The notes below the pieces were generated by a model. It did no database searches. It had not been told where the DNA came from and saw only the letters and a list, made by a program, of their open reading frames with translations. The translations under genes were made by a program, and so were the position numbers. Shown one piece after another: positions 50,276 through 61,260 of a DNA stretch of 64,000 bases; positions within the stretch are counted from its first letter, which is position 1; each line of letters opens with the position of its first letter. Source of the DNA: Bacteroidota bacterium (GTDB lineage: Bacteria; Bacteroidota; Ignavibacteria; UBA10030); the NCBI GenBank assembly GCA_026416125.1, contig JAOAFT010000004.1, positions 70,448-134,447 on the forward strand, in the 5' to 3' direction.

Positions 50276-51096
50276 AACAGATGCAAGGAACATCAGGCCC
50301 TAAGAAAGTAACAACGAAAGTTATTTCGTTGATGAAACGAGAGAAAACTCCAATTGCATGCTTAACTGCCTATGACTACTTAACAGCACGACTTCTTGAC
50401 CAATCAGGAGTAGATATTATCCTCGTTGGTGATTCGCTTGGTATGGTGGTGCAAGGTCACGATACAACGTTACCTGTAACACTCGACGAAATGATTTACC
50501 ATGCAAAAGCAGTGGTGAGAGGTGTCGATCGAGCAATGGTCATTGTGGATATGCCATTCATGTCGTACCAAGCGAACGACGAAGAAGGATTTCGAAATGC
50601 AGGCCGTATTATGAAAGAGACAGGTGCAGGAGGAGTGAAGTTTGAAGGAGGAGAACGCATTGCACGACTCGTTGAAATGACAGTACGAGCTGGAATTCCT
50701 GTTATGGGACATCTTGGACTCACGCCGCAATCGATCCACCAGTTTGGAGGATATACACCGCGCGGAACAACAACCGAAGAGGCGAAACAAATTCTCCGCG
50801 ATGCGAAAGTACTCGAGGAAGCTGGAGCATTTTGCATTGTCTTAGAAAAAATTCCTGCACAACTTGCTGCAAAAATCACAAAATTGCTTTCAATCCCAAC
50901 AATAGGAATAGGTGCTGGAGTACACTGCGACGGCCAAATTCTCGTTGTCTCGGATATGTTAGGATTATATGAAGATTTTCACCCACGGTTTGTGCGGCGG
51001 TATGCACACCTGGCAGAAACAATTCGTACAAGTGTTGCACAGTACGTCCATGATGTGAAGGAGCGAACGTTCCCCAATGAAAAAGAAAGTTACTAA
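50272..51096 (+). CDS. panB: 3-methyl-2-oxobutanoate hydroxymethyltransferase
   Basis: LTAYDY...ILVGDSLGMVVQGHDTTLPVTLDEM...VDMPFMSY. ATGA overlap with the upstream gene. Confidence 0.9.
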   Translation: MKQMQGTSGPKKVTTKVISLMKREKTPIACLTAYDYLTARLLDQSGVDIILVGDSLGMVVQGHDTTLPVTLDEMIYHAKAVVRGVDRAMVIVDMPFMSYQANDEEGFRNAGRIMKETGAGGVKFEGGERIARLVEMTVRAGIPVMGHLGLTPQSIHQFGGYTPRGTTTEEAKQILRDAKVLEEAGAFCIVLEKIPAQLAAKITKLLSIPTIGIGAGVHCDGQILVVSDMLGLYEDFHPRFVRRYAHLAETIRTSVAQYVHDVKERTFPNEKESY

Positions 51097-51883
51097 GAAC
51101 AAGAGCCAGCGTAATATTTCTATTCTTGTAACAAACGATGATGGAATTGATGCCCAAGGTATAGCTGCACTTGTTAAAGAGTTGAAGAAAATAGCAACGG
51201 TTACTGTTGTCGCTCCCGATAAACAACAGAGTGCTGTGGGGCATGCTATTACGATGAATTATCCTCTCCGAGTGAAAGAGTACTATAAAAATGGAAAGTT
51301 CTTCGGATATGCGGTGCAAGGGACACCTGCTGATTGTGTTAAAATTGCAGTACGTGCACTTCTTCCTGAAGAACCTGATCTGATTGTATCTGGGATTAAC
51401 CATGGCTCGAATACCGCAATTAGTGTTATCTACTCAGGTACAGTATCGGCTGCCACGGAAGGTACGGTGTTAGGAATTCCATCCATTGCAGTGTCACTCA
51501 CAACGTATAAACCGTCGCCCGATTTTTCGTATGCGGCACGAATTGCACGGAAATTATCTCTTCTCGTACTCAAACAAGGGTTGCCACGACGGACGCTCCT
51601 AAATGTCAATGTACCTGCGTTACCAAAGAGTGAGATTAAAGGAGTACTTGTCACGAAACAGAGTAGTGCGCTATGGAATGATACATTTGACCATCGTCGT
51701 GACCCCGGGGGCGTTGATTACTATTGGTTAACCGGGGTTCTCGATAATCCTGATACCGATATAACGTACGATGAAGCAGCAATCAGACAAGGATACGTTT
51801 CCATAACACCAATTCATTACGATCTCACAGACTATGAAACGTACGAAGTACTTCAACGTTGGCCTATCCACACATTAAAATAA
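51077..51883 (+). CDS. surE: 5'/3'-nucleotidase SurE
   Basis: ILVTNDDGIDAQGI...APDKQQSAVGHAIT...SGINHGSN. Confidence 0.85.
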   Translation: MKKKVTKNKSQRNISILVTNDDGIDAQGIAALVKELKKIATVTVVAPDKQQSAVGHAITMNYPLRVKEYYKNGKFFGYAVQGTPADCVKIAVRALLPEEPDLIVSGINHGSNTAISVIYSGTVSAATEGTVLGIPSIAVSLTTYKPSPDFSYAARIARKLSLLVLKQGLPRRTLLNVNVPALPKSEIKGVLVTKQSSALWNDTFDHRRDPGGVDYYWLTGVLDNPDTDITYDEAAIRQGYVSITPIHYDLTDYETYEVLQRWPIHTLK

Positions 51884-51952
51884 ATAATAGACATTCCTGT
51901 TTACTGAGAGGAGATGTTTCCGTACCTTTGGAGTAACGAAGGTCGGATGCAT

Positions 51953-54571
51953 ATGTCAACGCCTCTAATGCGACAGTACCAACAAGTGAAGTCGAAGTAC
52001 CCTGATACGATTCTCTTGTTTCGGATGGGTGATTTCTTCGAAACGTTTGAAGAGGACGCAAAAATTACTTCGAAAGTACTTGGAATTGTGTTAACCAAGC
52101 GCGGGAATGGTGCTGCTGGTGATGTACCACTCGCTGGCTTTCCTTACCATGCTCTCGATGCCTACCTTCCAAAGCTACTCCGTGCTGGGTACCGTGTTGC
52201 AATTTGTGAGCAACTCGAAGATCCAAAGTACGCAAAAGGGATTGTAAAGCGCGATGTTGTTGAAGTAGTAACACCAGGTGTTGCTTTCTCAGAGAAAGTA
52301 CTCGAGCACAAGAAGAACAATTACTTAGTTGCCATTGCGCTCAACTCACCACTTGCAACAAGTGGCGATACGATTGGATTCGCGTACGTTGATGTTTCAA
52401 CCGGAGAATTTGGTGCAAGTGAATTTCCGTTTGTGCACCTCCTTGAACATCTAGGGAGTTTTCAACCACAAGAAATACTTGTCCAGAAACGTGATGCACA
52501 CACTCTCACTTCTCTGGTCAAACAACTTCAGCAAATATCTCCCCTCATTACAAAGGTTGACGATTGGGTTTTCAATGTCGACTATGCATACGAAGTCCTT
52601 ATTACGCACTTCAAAACGAACTCGCTCAAAGGGTTTGGAATTGAAGAAATGCGGTGGGGGATCGTTGCTGCAGGGGCAATTCTTACTTACTTGCAAGAGA
52701 CACAAAAATCGAACATTCCTCACATCAAGAAAGTTGTGCCGTACGATTGCAATGCTACTATGGTACTCGATGGCGCAACGCGTCGTAACTTGGAGATTAC
52801 AACATCGCTCTCAGGGCAAACAGATGGTACACTCTTCGCTGTTCTCGATCGGACTCTCACGCCGATGGGCGGGCGATTGTTGAAACAGTGGGTGTTCAAT
52901 CCGTTAAAAACCGTTGACCAAATTCGTGCTAGATTGGAAGCAGTGCGTGAGCTTGTCGAAAATGAGCAGATTCGTGATGCACTCACCTCCCACCTCGTAC
53001 ACATTGGTGACTTCGAACGACTTATTGCGCGGATTGCAACAGGACGTGCTACACCACGAGAAGTTGTTCAACTGCGTGCAATGCTTTATCAACTTCCACC
53101 TTTGAAGGGTCAGTTAGCAGGAACTCGTTCGATGCTCCTTCGGGAATTGTACCAGTGCCTCAACCCCTTAGAAGAACTCGCTCAACACCTTCACCGTGTG
53201 GTTGAAGACGACCCACCGGGAACACTAGCCGAAGGTGGAGTTATTAAACATGGGTACAATGCAGAGCTCGATGAACTGCGAGCTCTCTCCAGGAGTGCAA
53301 AACAGTGGATCGCACAGCAACAACAAATGGAAAGAGAACGGACTGGGATCCCTTCACTAAAAATTGGGTACAACAATGTGTTTGGGTACTACATTGAGGT
53401 GACAAACGCGCACAGAGAGAAAGTGCCAGCTCACTATATTCGGAAACAAACACTCACGAATGCCGAACGATACGTTACTCCTGAATTAAAGGAGTACGAA
53501 GAAAAAATTCTCCATGCGGAAGAGAAGATTGTAGAGCTCGAAGCACGGTTGTTTGCTGAAGTGAGGAGTACCATAGCAGAACACGCGATTATTATCCAAG
53601 AAAATGCACGTGCTATTGCAACACTCGATTGTCTTCTCTCCTTGGCAAACGTTGCAGTCGAGAATAACTACACATGCCCTGAGGTTAATGATTCCACCCG
53701 CCTTGAAATCATAGAAGGACGTCACCCTGTTGTTGAAAAATTCCTTCCGCCAGGTGAACACTATACCCCGAACGATACGATCCTCGATACTGAAGAAAGC
53801 CAAATCAACATCATTACCGGACCGAATATGAGCGGAAAATCGAGTTACCTCCGTCAAGTAGGCCTCATTGTTCTCTTAGCCCAAATTGGGAGTTTTGTAC
53901 CAGCGAAAAAAGCATCGATTGGCATTGTCGATCGAATCTACACACGTGTTGGTGCAAGCGACAACATTGCACTCGGTGAGAGTACATTCCTCGTCGAAAT
54001 GCACGAAGCGGCGAACATTGTCAATACCGCTACAAAACGGAGTCTCATTCTTCTTGACGAAATCGGCCGTGGGACAAGTACATTCGATGGCATCAGTATT
54101 GCTTGGGCTCTCACAGAGTACATTCACAATCATATTGGGGCAAAGACACTCTTTGCAACACACTTCCACGAACTGAACGAACTTGCTCATCACTATCCAC
54201 GCATCAAGAACTATAAAGTTGATGTTCGGGAATATGGCGATCAGGTTATTTTTCTCCATAAAGTGAAACCAGGTGTGGCGGATCACTCCTATGGTATCCA
54301 AGTAGCACAAATGGCAGGATTACCAGAGGAAGTAACTGAGCGTGCTAAACAGATCCTAAAAACGCTTGAGCGCACAGAGGTAGTGCTTCCACCATCAATA
54401 CAAAACCAGGTAACAGCTCCACTCCAATTGACGATATTCAATGCAGACGATAGTGCACTTCGGGATGAATTACGCTCAATTGATATTAATACACTCACAC
54501 CACTTGAAGCTTTGCAAAAGTTGGCTACACTTGTGGAGCGGGCACGTACGAAGAATTCATGTGGAGGATAA
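51953..54571 (+). CDS. mutS: DNA mismatch repair protein MutS
   Basis: MSTPLMRQYQQVK...FRMGDFFETF mismatch-binding domain. Walker A GPNMSGKSSYLRQ. DEIGRGTSTFDG and a C-terminal HTH. The start was chosen at the conserved MSTP. Confidence 0.9.
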   Translation: MSTPLMRQYQQVKSKYPDTILLFRMGDFFETFEEDAKITSKVLGIVLTKRGNGAAGDVPLAGFPYHALDAYLPKLLRAGYRVAICEQLEDPKYAKGIVKRDVVEVVTPGVAFSEKVLEHKKNNYLVAIALNSPLATSGDTIGFAYVDVSTGEFGASEFPFVHLLEHLGSFQPQEILVQKRDAHTLTSLVKQLQQISPLITKVDDWVFNVDYAYEVLITHFKTNSLKGFGIEEMRWGIVAAGAILTYLQETQKSNIPHIKKVVPYDCNATMVLDGATRRNLEITTSLSGQTDGTLFAVLDRTLTPMGGRLLKQWVFNPLKTVDQIRARLEAVRELVENEQIRDALTSHLVHIGDFERLIARIATGRATPREVVQLRAMLYQLPPLKGQLAGTRSMLLRELYQCLNPLEELAQHLHRVVEDDPPGTLAEGGVIKHGYNAELDELRALSRSAKQWIAQQQQMERERTGIPSLKIGYNNVFGYYIEVTNAHREKVPAHYIRKQTLTNAERYVTPELKEYEEKILHAEEKIVELEARLFAEVRSTIAEHAIIIQENARAIATLDCLLSLANVAVENNYTCPEVNDSTRLEIIEGRHPVVEKFLPPGEHYTPNDTILDTEESQINIITGPNMSGKSSYLRQVGLIVLLAQIGSFVPAKKASIGIVDRIYTRVGASDNIALGESTFLVEMHEAANIVNTATKRSLILLDEIGRGTSTFDGISIAWALTEYIHNHIGAKTLFATHFHELNELAHHYPRIKNYKVDVREYGDQVIFLHKVKPGVADHSYGIQVAQMAGLPEEVTERAKQILKTLERTEVVLPPSIQNQVTAPLQLTIFNADDSALRDELRSIDINTLTPLEALQKLATLVERARTKNSCGG

Positions 54572-54580
54572 AACACAGCA

Positions 54581-55201
54581 ATGCACTCAAATACCTATAC
54601 ACTTACACGTCATACTCTCGCACACGTACAGCAACTTAGTGTAGATCCGGAGCTTTTCACTCTTCGATTTTTACCACAGTGTTCGATGTGTAATTGTAAT
54701 GGAATGTGTTGTCGAGAAGGTGTGTACGTTGATCTCGAGGAAAAGAGCAGAATTCTTGACCATAGCTCGCTCATTCTCCAGTACATGGAACCGAATCAAG
54801 TCCGCGAACCATCACAGTGGTTCGATGAAAATGTACAACCAGATCCTGACTTTCCGTCAGGATTCTGTGATGGAACACAAGTCGCAAATGGTGGATGTGT
54901 GTTTCTTAATAGTAAAGGGTTGTGTACTCTCCAAATTACTGCAATGCAGGAGGGAATGTCAAAATATGCACTTAAGCCATTCTACTGTTTTGCGTTCCCT
55001 TTGACACTCGACGGCGGTGTACTTACGATGTACGAACCGGAATTTGCAAATCGTCCTGAGTGCTGTAGTGCGGTGCCTGATGGTACACTCACAATCCTTG
55101 ACATTTGTTGGGAAGAATTGGAATTTATGCTAGGACGGGAAGGAGCCGATGAATTCCGTGCCCTCTTCGAAACAGTCTGTACGAACAAAGTGGGCAAATG
55201 A
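54581..55201 (+). CDS. Cys-rich DUF3109-like protein (unknown function)
   Basis: CSMCNCNGMCCREGVYVD and further Cys (CDGTQVANGGCVFL, CTLQ, CFAFP, ECCSAVPDG). It starts 10 nt after mutS. Confidence 0.55.
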   Translation: MHSNTYTLTRHTLAHVQQLSVDPELFTLRFLPQCSMCNCNGMCCREGVYVDLEEKSRILDHSSLILQYMEPNQVREPSQWFDENVQPDPDFPSGFCDGTQVANGGCVFLNSKGLCTLQITAMQEGMSKYALKPFYCFAFPLTLDGGVLTMYEPEFANRPECCSAVPDGTLTILDICWEELEFMLGREGADEFRALFETVCTNKVGK

Positions 55202-55246
55202 ACCGTCTACAGTAGGGAATAGTTTCTTAAACCAAGAAGGAGAGCT

Positions 55247-56479
55247 ATGGATCAACGTCGTTTGTACCGCACGATCGAAAGTTTTGCATCGCAGAGTTTT
55301 AAAACAGAAAAAGAACTTCTCAAACACGTCATGAACGAAATTGTGCGCAATGAAAATATTCGATTGAAAGGTGGTCGACTGTGGCAGTACGAACCTGCAA
55401 CAGAATCGTACAGACTCATTCACCAAATTGGTGAGATCGAAAAACTTGAACCAGGGTACCGCATCTCAGTTGCCCGCTATCCACTTTTTTTACAACTCAT
55501 TGAACATCGGACGATCATTGCGACAGAGACCGATAAGTATCTCCGTGGAAAAGGCATCATCAAGTATTCTGCAACAGGTATTGGAGAGAAAATTCGCTAT
55601 CGCGATACGTACGTGTTCCAGTACGTCATGGCATTTAACTCAGATTACCTCGACCAAAATCTTCTCCTGGACTTAAATATTATTAGTCTTGCAGTGAGTA
55701 CACTCTTGCGGAACAAACGAATTCAACAGAAAGCTGATTTACTTGCACAGGACATTGATAAAGCACGAGAAATTCAAGAAAGTATTCTTCCAGAACCCTA
55801 CATTCGATTTTACTACTACGATGTCTATGGTCTTTCGCGTCCCGATCGTATTGTTGGAGGCGATTTCTTCGATTATATTTTCGGTGATGATGCAAAAGAT
55901 CGCTTAAGCGTTGTTGTTGGTGACGCTGCAAGCAAAGGGTTCCAAGCAGCTGCTCAGGCACTCTACGTTGTTGGAGCATTACGGATGGGAATTGCCCATC
56001 AAACAAAAACAGCAGCACTTATGTCGGGGATCAATAAGATTGTTAATCGTTCGTTCACCGAAGAACAGTTTGTATCTCTCTTCTACGCAGAGCTTACGGA
56101 TGGTCAAAAAGGATTAATGCTCTACTCAAACGCTGGTCATAATAGCCCTATTGTGTACCATGTCTCAGACGACAAAATTGAATTGCTTGAACCAACAGGC
56201 CAAATCCTTGGTCCCTTTCAGAATGCACGGTACCGTGTGGAGAGCACAATGCTCAAGAAAGGAGATGTTGTTGTGCTGTATACCGATGGTATTACAGAAG
56301 CACGACGCATAGATGGTACAGTGTATGGGGAACAACGTCTTATTGAGCGAGTAAAACAACTTGCTCCGAAAAGTGCCCAGGATATTTGCGAAACATTAAT
56401 GAGCGATGTCGAAGCATTTTCTGATGGTGCAGAGTACTCAGACGATAAAACAATTGTTGTTATTAAACGAACGAAGTAA
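55247..56479 (+). CDS. GAF-domain PP2C-family (SpoIIE/RsbU-like) serine phosphatase
   Basis: N-terminal GAF-like region. PP2C motifs GGDFFDY and VVGDAASKG, and the C-terminal DGITEA metal-binding block. Confidence 0.8.
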   Translation: MDQRRLYRTIESFASQSFKTEKELLKHVMNEIVRNENIRLKGGRLWQYEPATESYRLIHQIGEIEKLEPGYRISVARYPLFLQLIEHRTIIATETDKYLRGKGIIKYSATGIGEKIRYRDTYVFQYVMAFNSDYLDQNLLLDLNIISLAVSTLLRNKRIQQKADLLAQDIDKAREIQESILPEPYIRFYYYDVYGLSRPDRIVGGDFFDYIFGDDAKDRLSVVVGDAASKGFQAAAQALYVVGALRMGIAHQTKTAALMSGINKIVNRSFTEEQFVSLFYAELTDGQKGLMLYSNAGHNSPIVYHVSDDKIELLEPTGQILGPFQNARYRVESTMLKKGDVVVLYTDGITEARRIDGTVYGEQRLIERVKQLAPKSAQDICETLMSDVEAFSDGAEYSDDKTIVVIKRTK

Positions 56480-56576
56480 TGTATGTATGAACGTAATTTG
56501 CCATCCTGGAGTCTGAGTATGCAGTTCAATACCTGAGTAATGCAGTCTAAGACTCAAATGAGGGAAGGGAAAATAT

Positions 56577-58175
56577 ATGACGGAACAAAAGTATATAGGA
56601 ACCGTTATTTCAGTCTCGAGTGGTATTGTTACTGTACTTCTCGATGACACGATCACTTCGTTAAAACGTGAAATCGGAGGAAAAAGCTATTTCATTGGCC
56701 AATTAGGTTCCTACATTCTCATCCCAATGGGATCAATTGTTATTGTTGGGATGACGAACAAACTTGAAAAACGTGAAATAGTACTCAACGGGAAAAGTCA
56801 CCTTCGCTACATACTTGAAGCCTCACTTGTCGGCACTGTAAAAGGAGGACGGTACGATCGAGGTGTTTCGTACTTCCCATCTGTTGATGCACCTGTATTC
56901 CTTGCAGAAGATACCGATTTAACAGTTGCTTTTTCAGTGTTCCAACGCTATGGATTTTCAGTTGGCACAATCTCACTGTTTGAATCGCAACGAGCATACC
57001 TTGATCCAAATCGTTTCTTCGCAAAACATATTGCTGTTTTAGGTTCGAGTGGATCTGGAAAATCGTGCACAGTGGCATCCATTCTCCAGAAGGTTGCCTC
57101 ATTCCCAGATACGAATATCATTATCCTCGATCTTCACAACGAATATCGTGCTGCGTTCAGAGATGCAAACTACATTCGCATTGCTGATTTTGAACTTCCT
57201 TTTTGGCTTCTGAATTTCGATGAAATTTGTGAAATGTTTATTGATCCGCGTGACGAGAATGCATCGACACAAATTACCGTGTTGAAAGATCTCATCATCA
57301 ATTCCAAGAAAGGAAAGAATCCAAATGTTTCACTCTATGTTACAATAGATACGCCGGTGTTTTTTGACCTCAGCGAAATTCGAGCTCGAATCCAGTACAT
57401 GGATACAGAAAAAGTTTCATTAGGAGGAGGTGTCACACGAGAAGGTCCTTTCTATGGGAAGTTCACTCGTTTTCTTGTTCGTCTCGATGGAAAACTGAAC
57501 GACCCTCGATACGAGTTTATGTTTCGACCAAAGAAGTATACAACTTCGGAAAGTTTAAACAGCTTTCTCACTTCAATTTTTGGGAGCGAGGGAAAGGCAC
57601 GTATTACAATCCTTGACCTTAGTGGTGTTCCATTCGATGTTGTGAATACTATTGTGTCGGTTCTCGCCCGTACTGTTTTCGATTTTAACTTTTGGAATCC
57701 GAATCGACGTGAGTTCCCGATTCTCCTTGTATTTGAAGAAGCACACAACTATTTACCGAGCAGCGTTGAGTCAACAGCCCGTCGTACAGTCGAACGTATT
57801 GCGAAGGAAGGGCGCAAGTATGGTGTCTCAATTATGGTTGTCAGTCAACGGCCAGCAGAAGTGTCAGAAACGATTCTCTCGCAGTGCAGCAACTACGTTG
57901 TGCTTCGCTTAACGAATCCGAACGACCAGAATTATATTCGACGATTAGTACCCGATACGTTTACGAGTTTAATTGAAGTACTTCCATCCCTTCGCCAAGG
58001 GGAAGCGCTTGTTGTTGGTGAATCAACTCCGATGCCTTTACGTGTACAAATCGATATCCCCCATCCAGAGCCTGATAGTGGCGATATTAAGTTCTACGAG
58101 AAATGGAAGAAGAGTGATAGCGTAACTAAAATTGAAACAGTTGTTTCACGGTGGTGGAAACAAGAGAAGGAGTAA
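56577..58175 (+). CDS. HerA-like (DUF87/FtsK-HerA superfamily) ATPase
   Basis: N-terminal HAS-barrel-like region. Walker A HIAVLGSSGSGKSCTV. IIILDLHNEY. Walker B/arginine-finger region ILLVFEEAHNYLP and SIMVVSQRPAEVSETILSQCSNYVVLRLTNPNDQ. Confidence 0.8.
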   Translation: MTEQKYIGTVISVSSGIVTVLLDDTITSLKREIGGKSYFIGQLGSYILIPMGSIVIVGMTNKLEKREIVLNGKSHLRYILEASLVGTVKGGRYDRGVSYFPSVDAPVFLAEDTDLTVAFSVFQRYGFSVGTISLFESQRAYLDPNRFFAKHIAVLGSSGSGKSCTVASILQKVASFPDTNIIILDLHNEYRAAFRDANYIRIADFELPFWLLNFDEICEMFIDPRDENASTQITVLKDLIINSKKGKNPNVSLYVTIDTPVFFDLSEIRARIQYMDTEKVSLGGGVTREGPFYGKFTRFLVRLDGKLNDPRYEFMFRPKKYTTSESLNSFLTSIFGSEGKARITILDLSGVPFDVVNTIVSVLARTVFDFNFWNPNRREFPILLVFEEAHNYLPSSVESTARRTVERIAKEGRKYGVSIMVVSQRPAEVSETILSQCSNYVVLRLTNPNDQNYIRRLVPDTFTSLIEVLPSLRQGEALVVGESTPMPLRVQIDIPHPEPDSGDIKFYEKWKKSDSVTKIETVVSRWWKQEKE

Positions 58176-58192
58176 AGGATCGTAGATGTACA

Positions 58193-59151
58193 TTAGGAGA
58201 ATCTTGAGATGAAGTGTTGAAACAATGTATAATTTTTTGTGATATATGTAAATTCTTTCTGGTTAATTAGTACAAATTTCCACTCAATTCCTGTTTGTTT
58301 TATTACCTGCTTGCACCATCGTTCAACTGCTTTATTTTTGTTTTCTAATTCTGGGAATTCGCGCCCTTTTGTTTCGAGTATCCAATAAACTTTATCTCTT
58401 TCAACTTTTTGGTCTGCACCATAGTCAGGATAATAAAATCTTATAGCGCCTTTTGAAGTGAGGTAATCAATTTTGAAATCCGTTCCTGCTAAGGCTGAGA
58501 ATGCACTACTATCTTCGCAGTTATCTAAAAACTTTGCAAAGTCGGCTTCAAAATCATTATAGAGAGCAACAAAGTTGAAAACAGTTTTTCTTAAACGTTT
58601 ATGTTTTCTTCGCCAGGTAAATGGTGGTGTCTGTGAAAGCACGATAGGTTTACTTTGGACTTTAATTGTTTTCCTCTCAACGGTTGCTTCCCCAATGGCT
58701 GACGTTAAATGATCAATATAGCAGGGGAATTAGAGTACCGTGAATATCTGATGCTTCAATGACAGACGGAACAACGAAATCTTCAATCTGAATTTTATAG
58801 GGACCTGAAACGATGATTGGTGTTTCCGTAAGTGCAAAAACAGATTTGAAGCCTACACCGAGTTTACCGATAGTGTTTAAATCTACTTTCTTTTTTGAAT
58901 TTCCTATACCAGTTACCCCTTCTATATCTTCAACGTCGAAATCTCTTCCATTGCGATAAAAACCAACCGATCATTATAAAGCTCAATTTTTATTTCAGTT
59001 GCATGTTCATCCTCGGTATTTTGGAATAATTCAAAGATGAAATGGGACGGGTCGTTGTATAAACCGGCAAGAATGCTATTGATATCGAAATTATTTTCCT
59101 TTGAAGAATTAAGCCAATTTTTTCTTTTTGAACTAGCTCTTCAAAGGTCAT
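58193..59151 (-). pseudogene. decayed sacsin-like GHKL ATPase (HATPase_c_3) gene with a DUF3883-like PD-(D/E)xK C-terminal remnant
   Basis: Minus-strand frames give ...LYNDPSHFIFELFQNTEDEHATEIKIEL... then, after a stop, NGRDFDVEDIEG...IGKLGVGFKSVFALTETPIIVSG (Bergerat-fold N-terminal motifs). Further frameshifts follow. A C-terminal 149-aa ORF has YYPDYGADQ...ILETKG. The several hundred residues usually found between these parts are missing. Confidence 0.55.
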
Positions 59152-59211
59152 AGCTCACCTCATATATTTTCTATTCTACAATAAAACTTAAAATCACATT
59201 CCTTGCAAATT

Positions 59212-61260
59212 TTAGTTTTGTCTGGCATTGCGTGATGGTCTTGGTTGAGACTTAAACTCCAGCAATTCTAATTTCTTATCGTTGCCTAAGATTAGGTCAA
59301 CTTTACCAGTGATGATATAGTCATCTTTTTCCACTGATACATCAACTTCAGTTTCAACAATCCTTTTAAGTATGTCTTTATTGTTATTGAAATAGTTCAT
59401 TACTTGATTCAATGCGGACTTTTTTTGATATGGTGCGAGTGGTCGCAATCCGGACGCAAGAAGTGATTTGTAATTTTTTTAAATGGTCTCTAATTATTTC
59501 TCCGTTTACAGGCTCATTATCGAGAATAGCTCTATGGATATCTTCAATAGTTTCACGGACAAGTGTTCCGAAAATAATTTGTCCAGTTCTACTCGGAGTA
59601 AACTCAAAGTCTTTATAAAACTGATATTGGCGTGGACAGGTTTCATAGAGGTTGATGTGTGTTGTCAGTGATAGACTTTTCTTGGGTACAAAAGGATTTT
59701 TAGATTGAAACTTTTGGAGCTAGAAGCGTCTCTTTTCTAACGTGTGGCCATTGCTTAAGTCCTTCCAATATTGGATTAAAAATAGGGTTCGGTTTTGAAC
59801 TCGATGTAAGGACAAGAAGTTTTTAAGCGCGTGAGAATGCAACATAGAAAGTTCCTGCGTGGTCAAATATTGTAATACGATCTTCTGGTTTAAATTGATC
59901 TCTTAGATAATAGGGTGAAAGTCTTCGATTAACCTCTTTACCTACGGGAAATCGTTTATCGAGCGAACCAACAACGACAACAGGGAACTCAAGTTCTTTT
60001 GACTGGTGAATGGTCATAATTTGGACATAACCTTTGGGTATAGGATTATCTTCATCTTCATATTCATTTTGACCGGCCTCAATAAGTAGGTTCAGAAAAC
60101 TGTTAAAGAAATTATATTTCACATGCAATTTGTTTTTTGCACTTACTGACAGGAATGTGATAATAAAGTTGAAAAGTGCTCAGCAAAGATGACAATATTG
60201 ATAGATTGCGAGCTTTGTTTTCATCCTTAAGGGAATCGGAAAATGGATTATAGGCAAACATTTGGTAGAGATAGTCAGCAACATTCGTGTCTAATGTAGA
60301 TTTACCGCTGATTTTGAAAATTCATTAACTCGTGTTTTTATAAATGAGGCAAGTGGAGAATTGATAAATGGTGAAAGTAACTTTAATCCTTCTTCTAATT
60401 TATCTTTGTGTGGATACTTATCTAGATCATTATCAACGAACCCAAAAATTAAAGTATAACAACTTAACGTTATTAGTACTTCTTCATTTTCAAAACAGGC
60501 TCGTACGCGCGGACAAAATACCTTTATATTTTTCTTTGCTAATGCCTCAATATAATAACCAGAGTAATCGAGTCTAACGCTTCGTAAGAGTAACACAACA
60601 TCACTTGGACCGTTTATAATTTTTTTTCGTTAATAGATATTCGACTAACTCAGCGAACCGCTTAGCTTCTTCTTTTTTCGATTGAGTCCAAATTGAAAAA
60701 TACAGCAGGATAGTCTGGTGATACAGTAGTAGATGCAACCTTTACTTTTTTATCAGGGTAGCGAAAAATTTTTTGTTATCAGAATCGTTCCAATTAATAG
60801 ATTCAGTAGATGTATTATATGTTTGAATAATTTTTGCATGTGAACGATAGTTGTTTAATTTAAAGTTTTTTACTCTGTACGGGAATTCAAGGATGTTTCT
60901 TACTGTTGCCCTTCGGGAGCGATAGAGAGCTTGATCCTCATCTCCAACGACGCAAAGATTCTTATGGTGCTTGGTTAGTGGGAGAGCAATAGCTTTGCTC
61001 TTGAAGTATGGTATGGTGGATAGTTCATTATCATCAGCGTCAAAAAACATTTAATTGTTTTACATTCTTCGAGTGCACGCTTTGCTACCTGCTTTACATC
61101 TTTTTGTGGGATGACAAATGTTAGGAAAAGTTCTACTATTTCATAAAGTTGAAGGTTAGAAATTCCATGTTCAAGAAATCGTTTCGGTACTCTTTCTCGA
61201 TGATTAAAAATAGTGCAGCTTTTAATTAGTGGTATCCATTGTGAGATCCCACTAAAATTA
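59212..61260 (-). pseudogene. decayed UvrD/PcrA-like SF1 helicase gene with a C-terminal PD-(D/E)xK (RecB/Cas4-like) nuclease remnant
   Basis: Short minus-strand ORFs in different frames carry motif III (CVVGDEDQALYRSRRA), motif V/VI (TIHQSKELEFPVVVV, FYVAFSRA) and a nuclease motif (GKVDLILGNDKKLELLEFKSQ). There are many frameshifts and stops and no Walker A segment. The region is AT-rich. Confidence 0.55.

Noticed and set aside
51077-51096. 20-nt overlap of surE start with panB end suggesting a mis-called start
   Set aside because: No alternative in-frame ATG/GTG lies between the panB stop and the conserved ILVTNDDG block, so the overlapping start is retained.
52451-54576. Multiple 60-140 aa ORFs on both strands within mutS
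   Set aside because: They are nested in a long, well-conserved MutS reading frame and are spurious.
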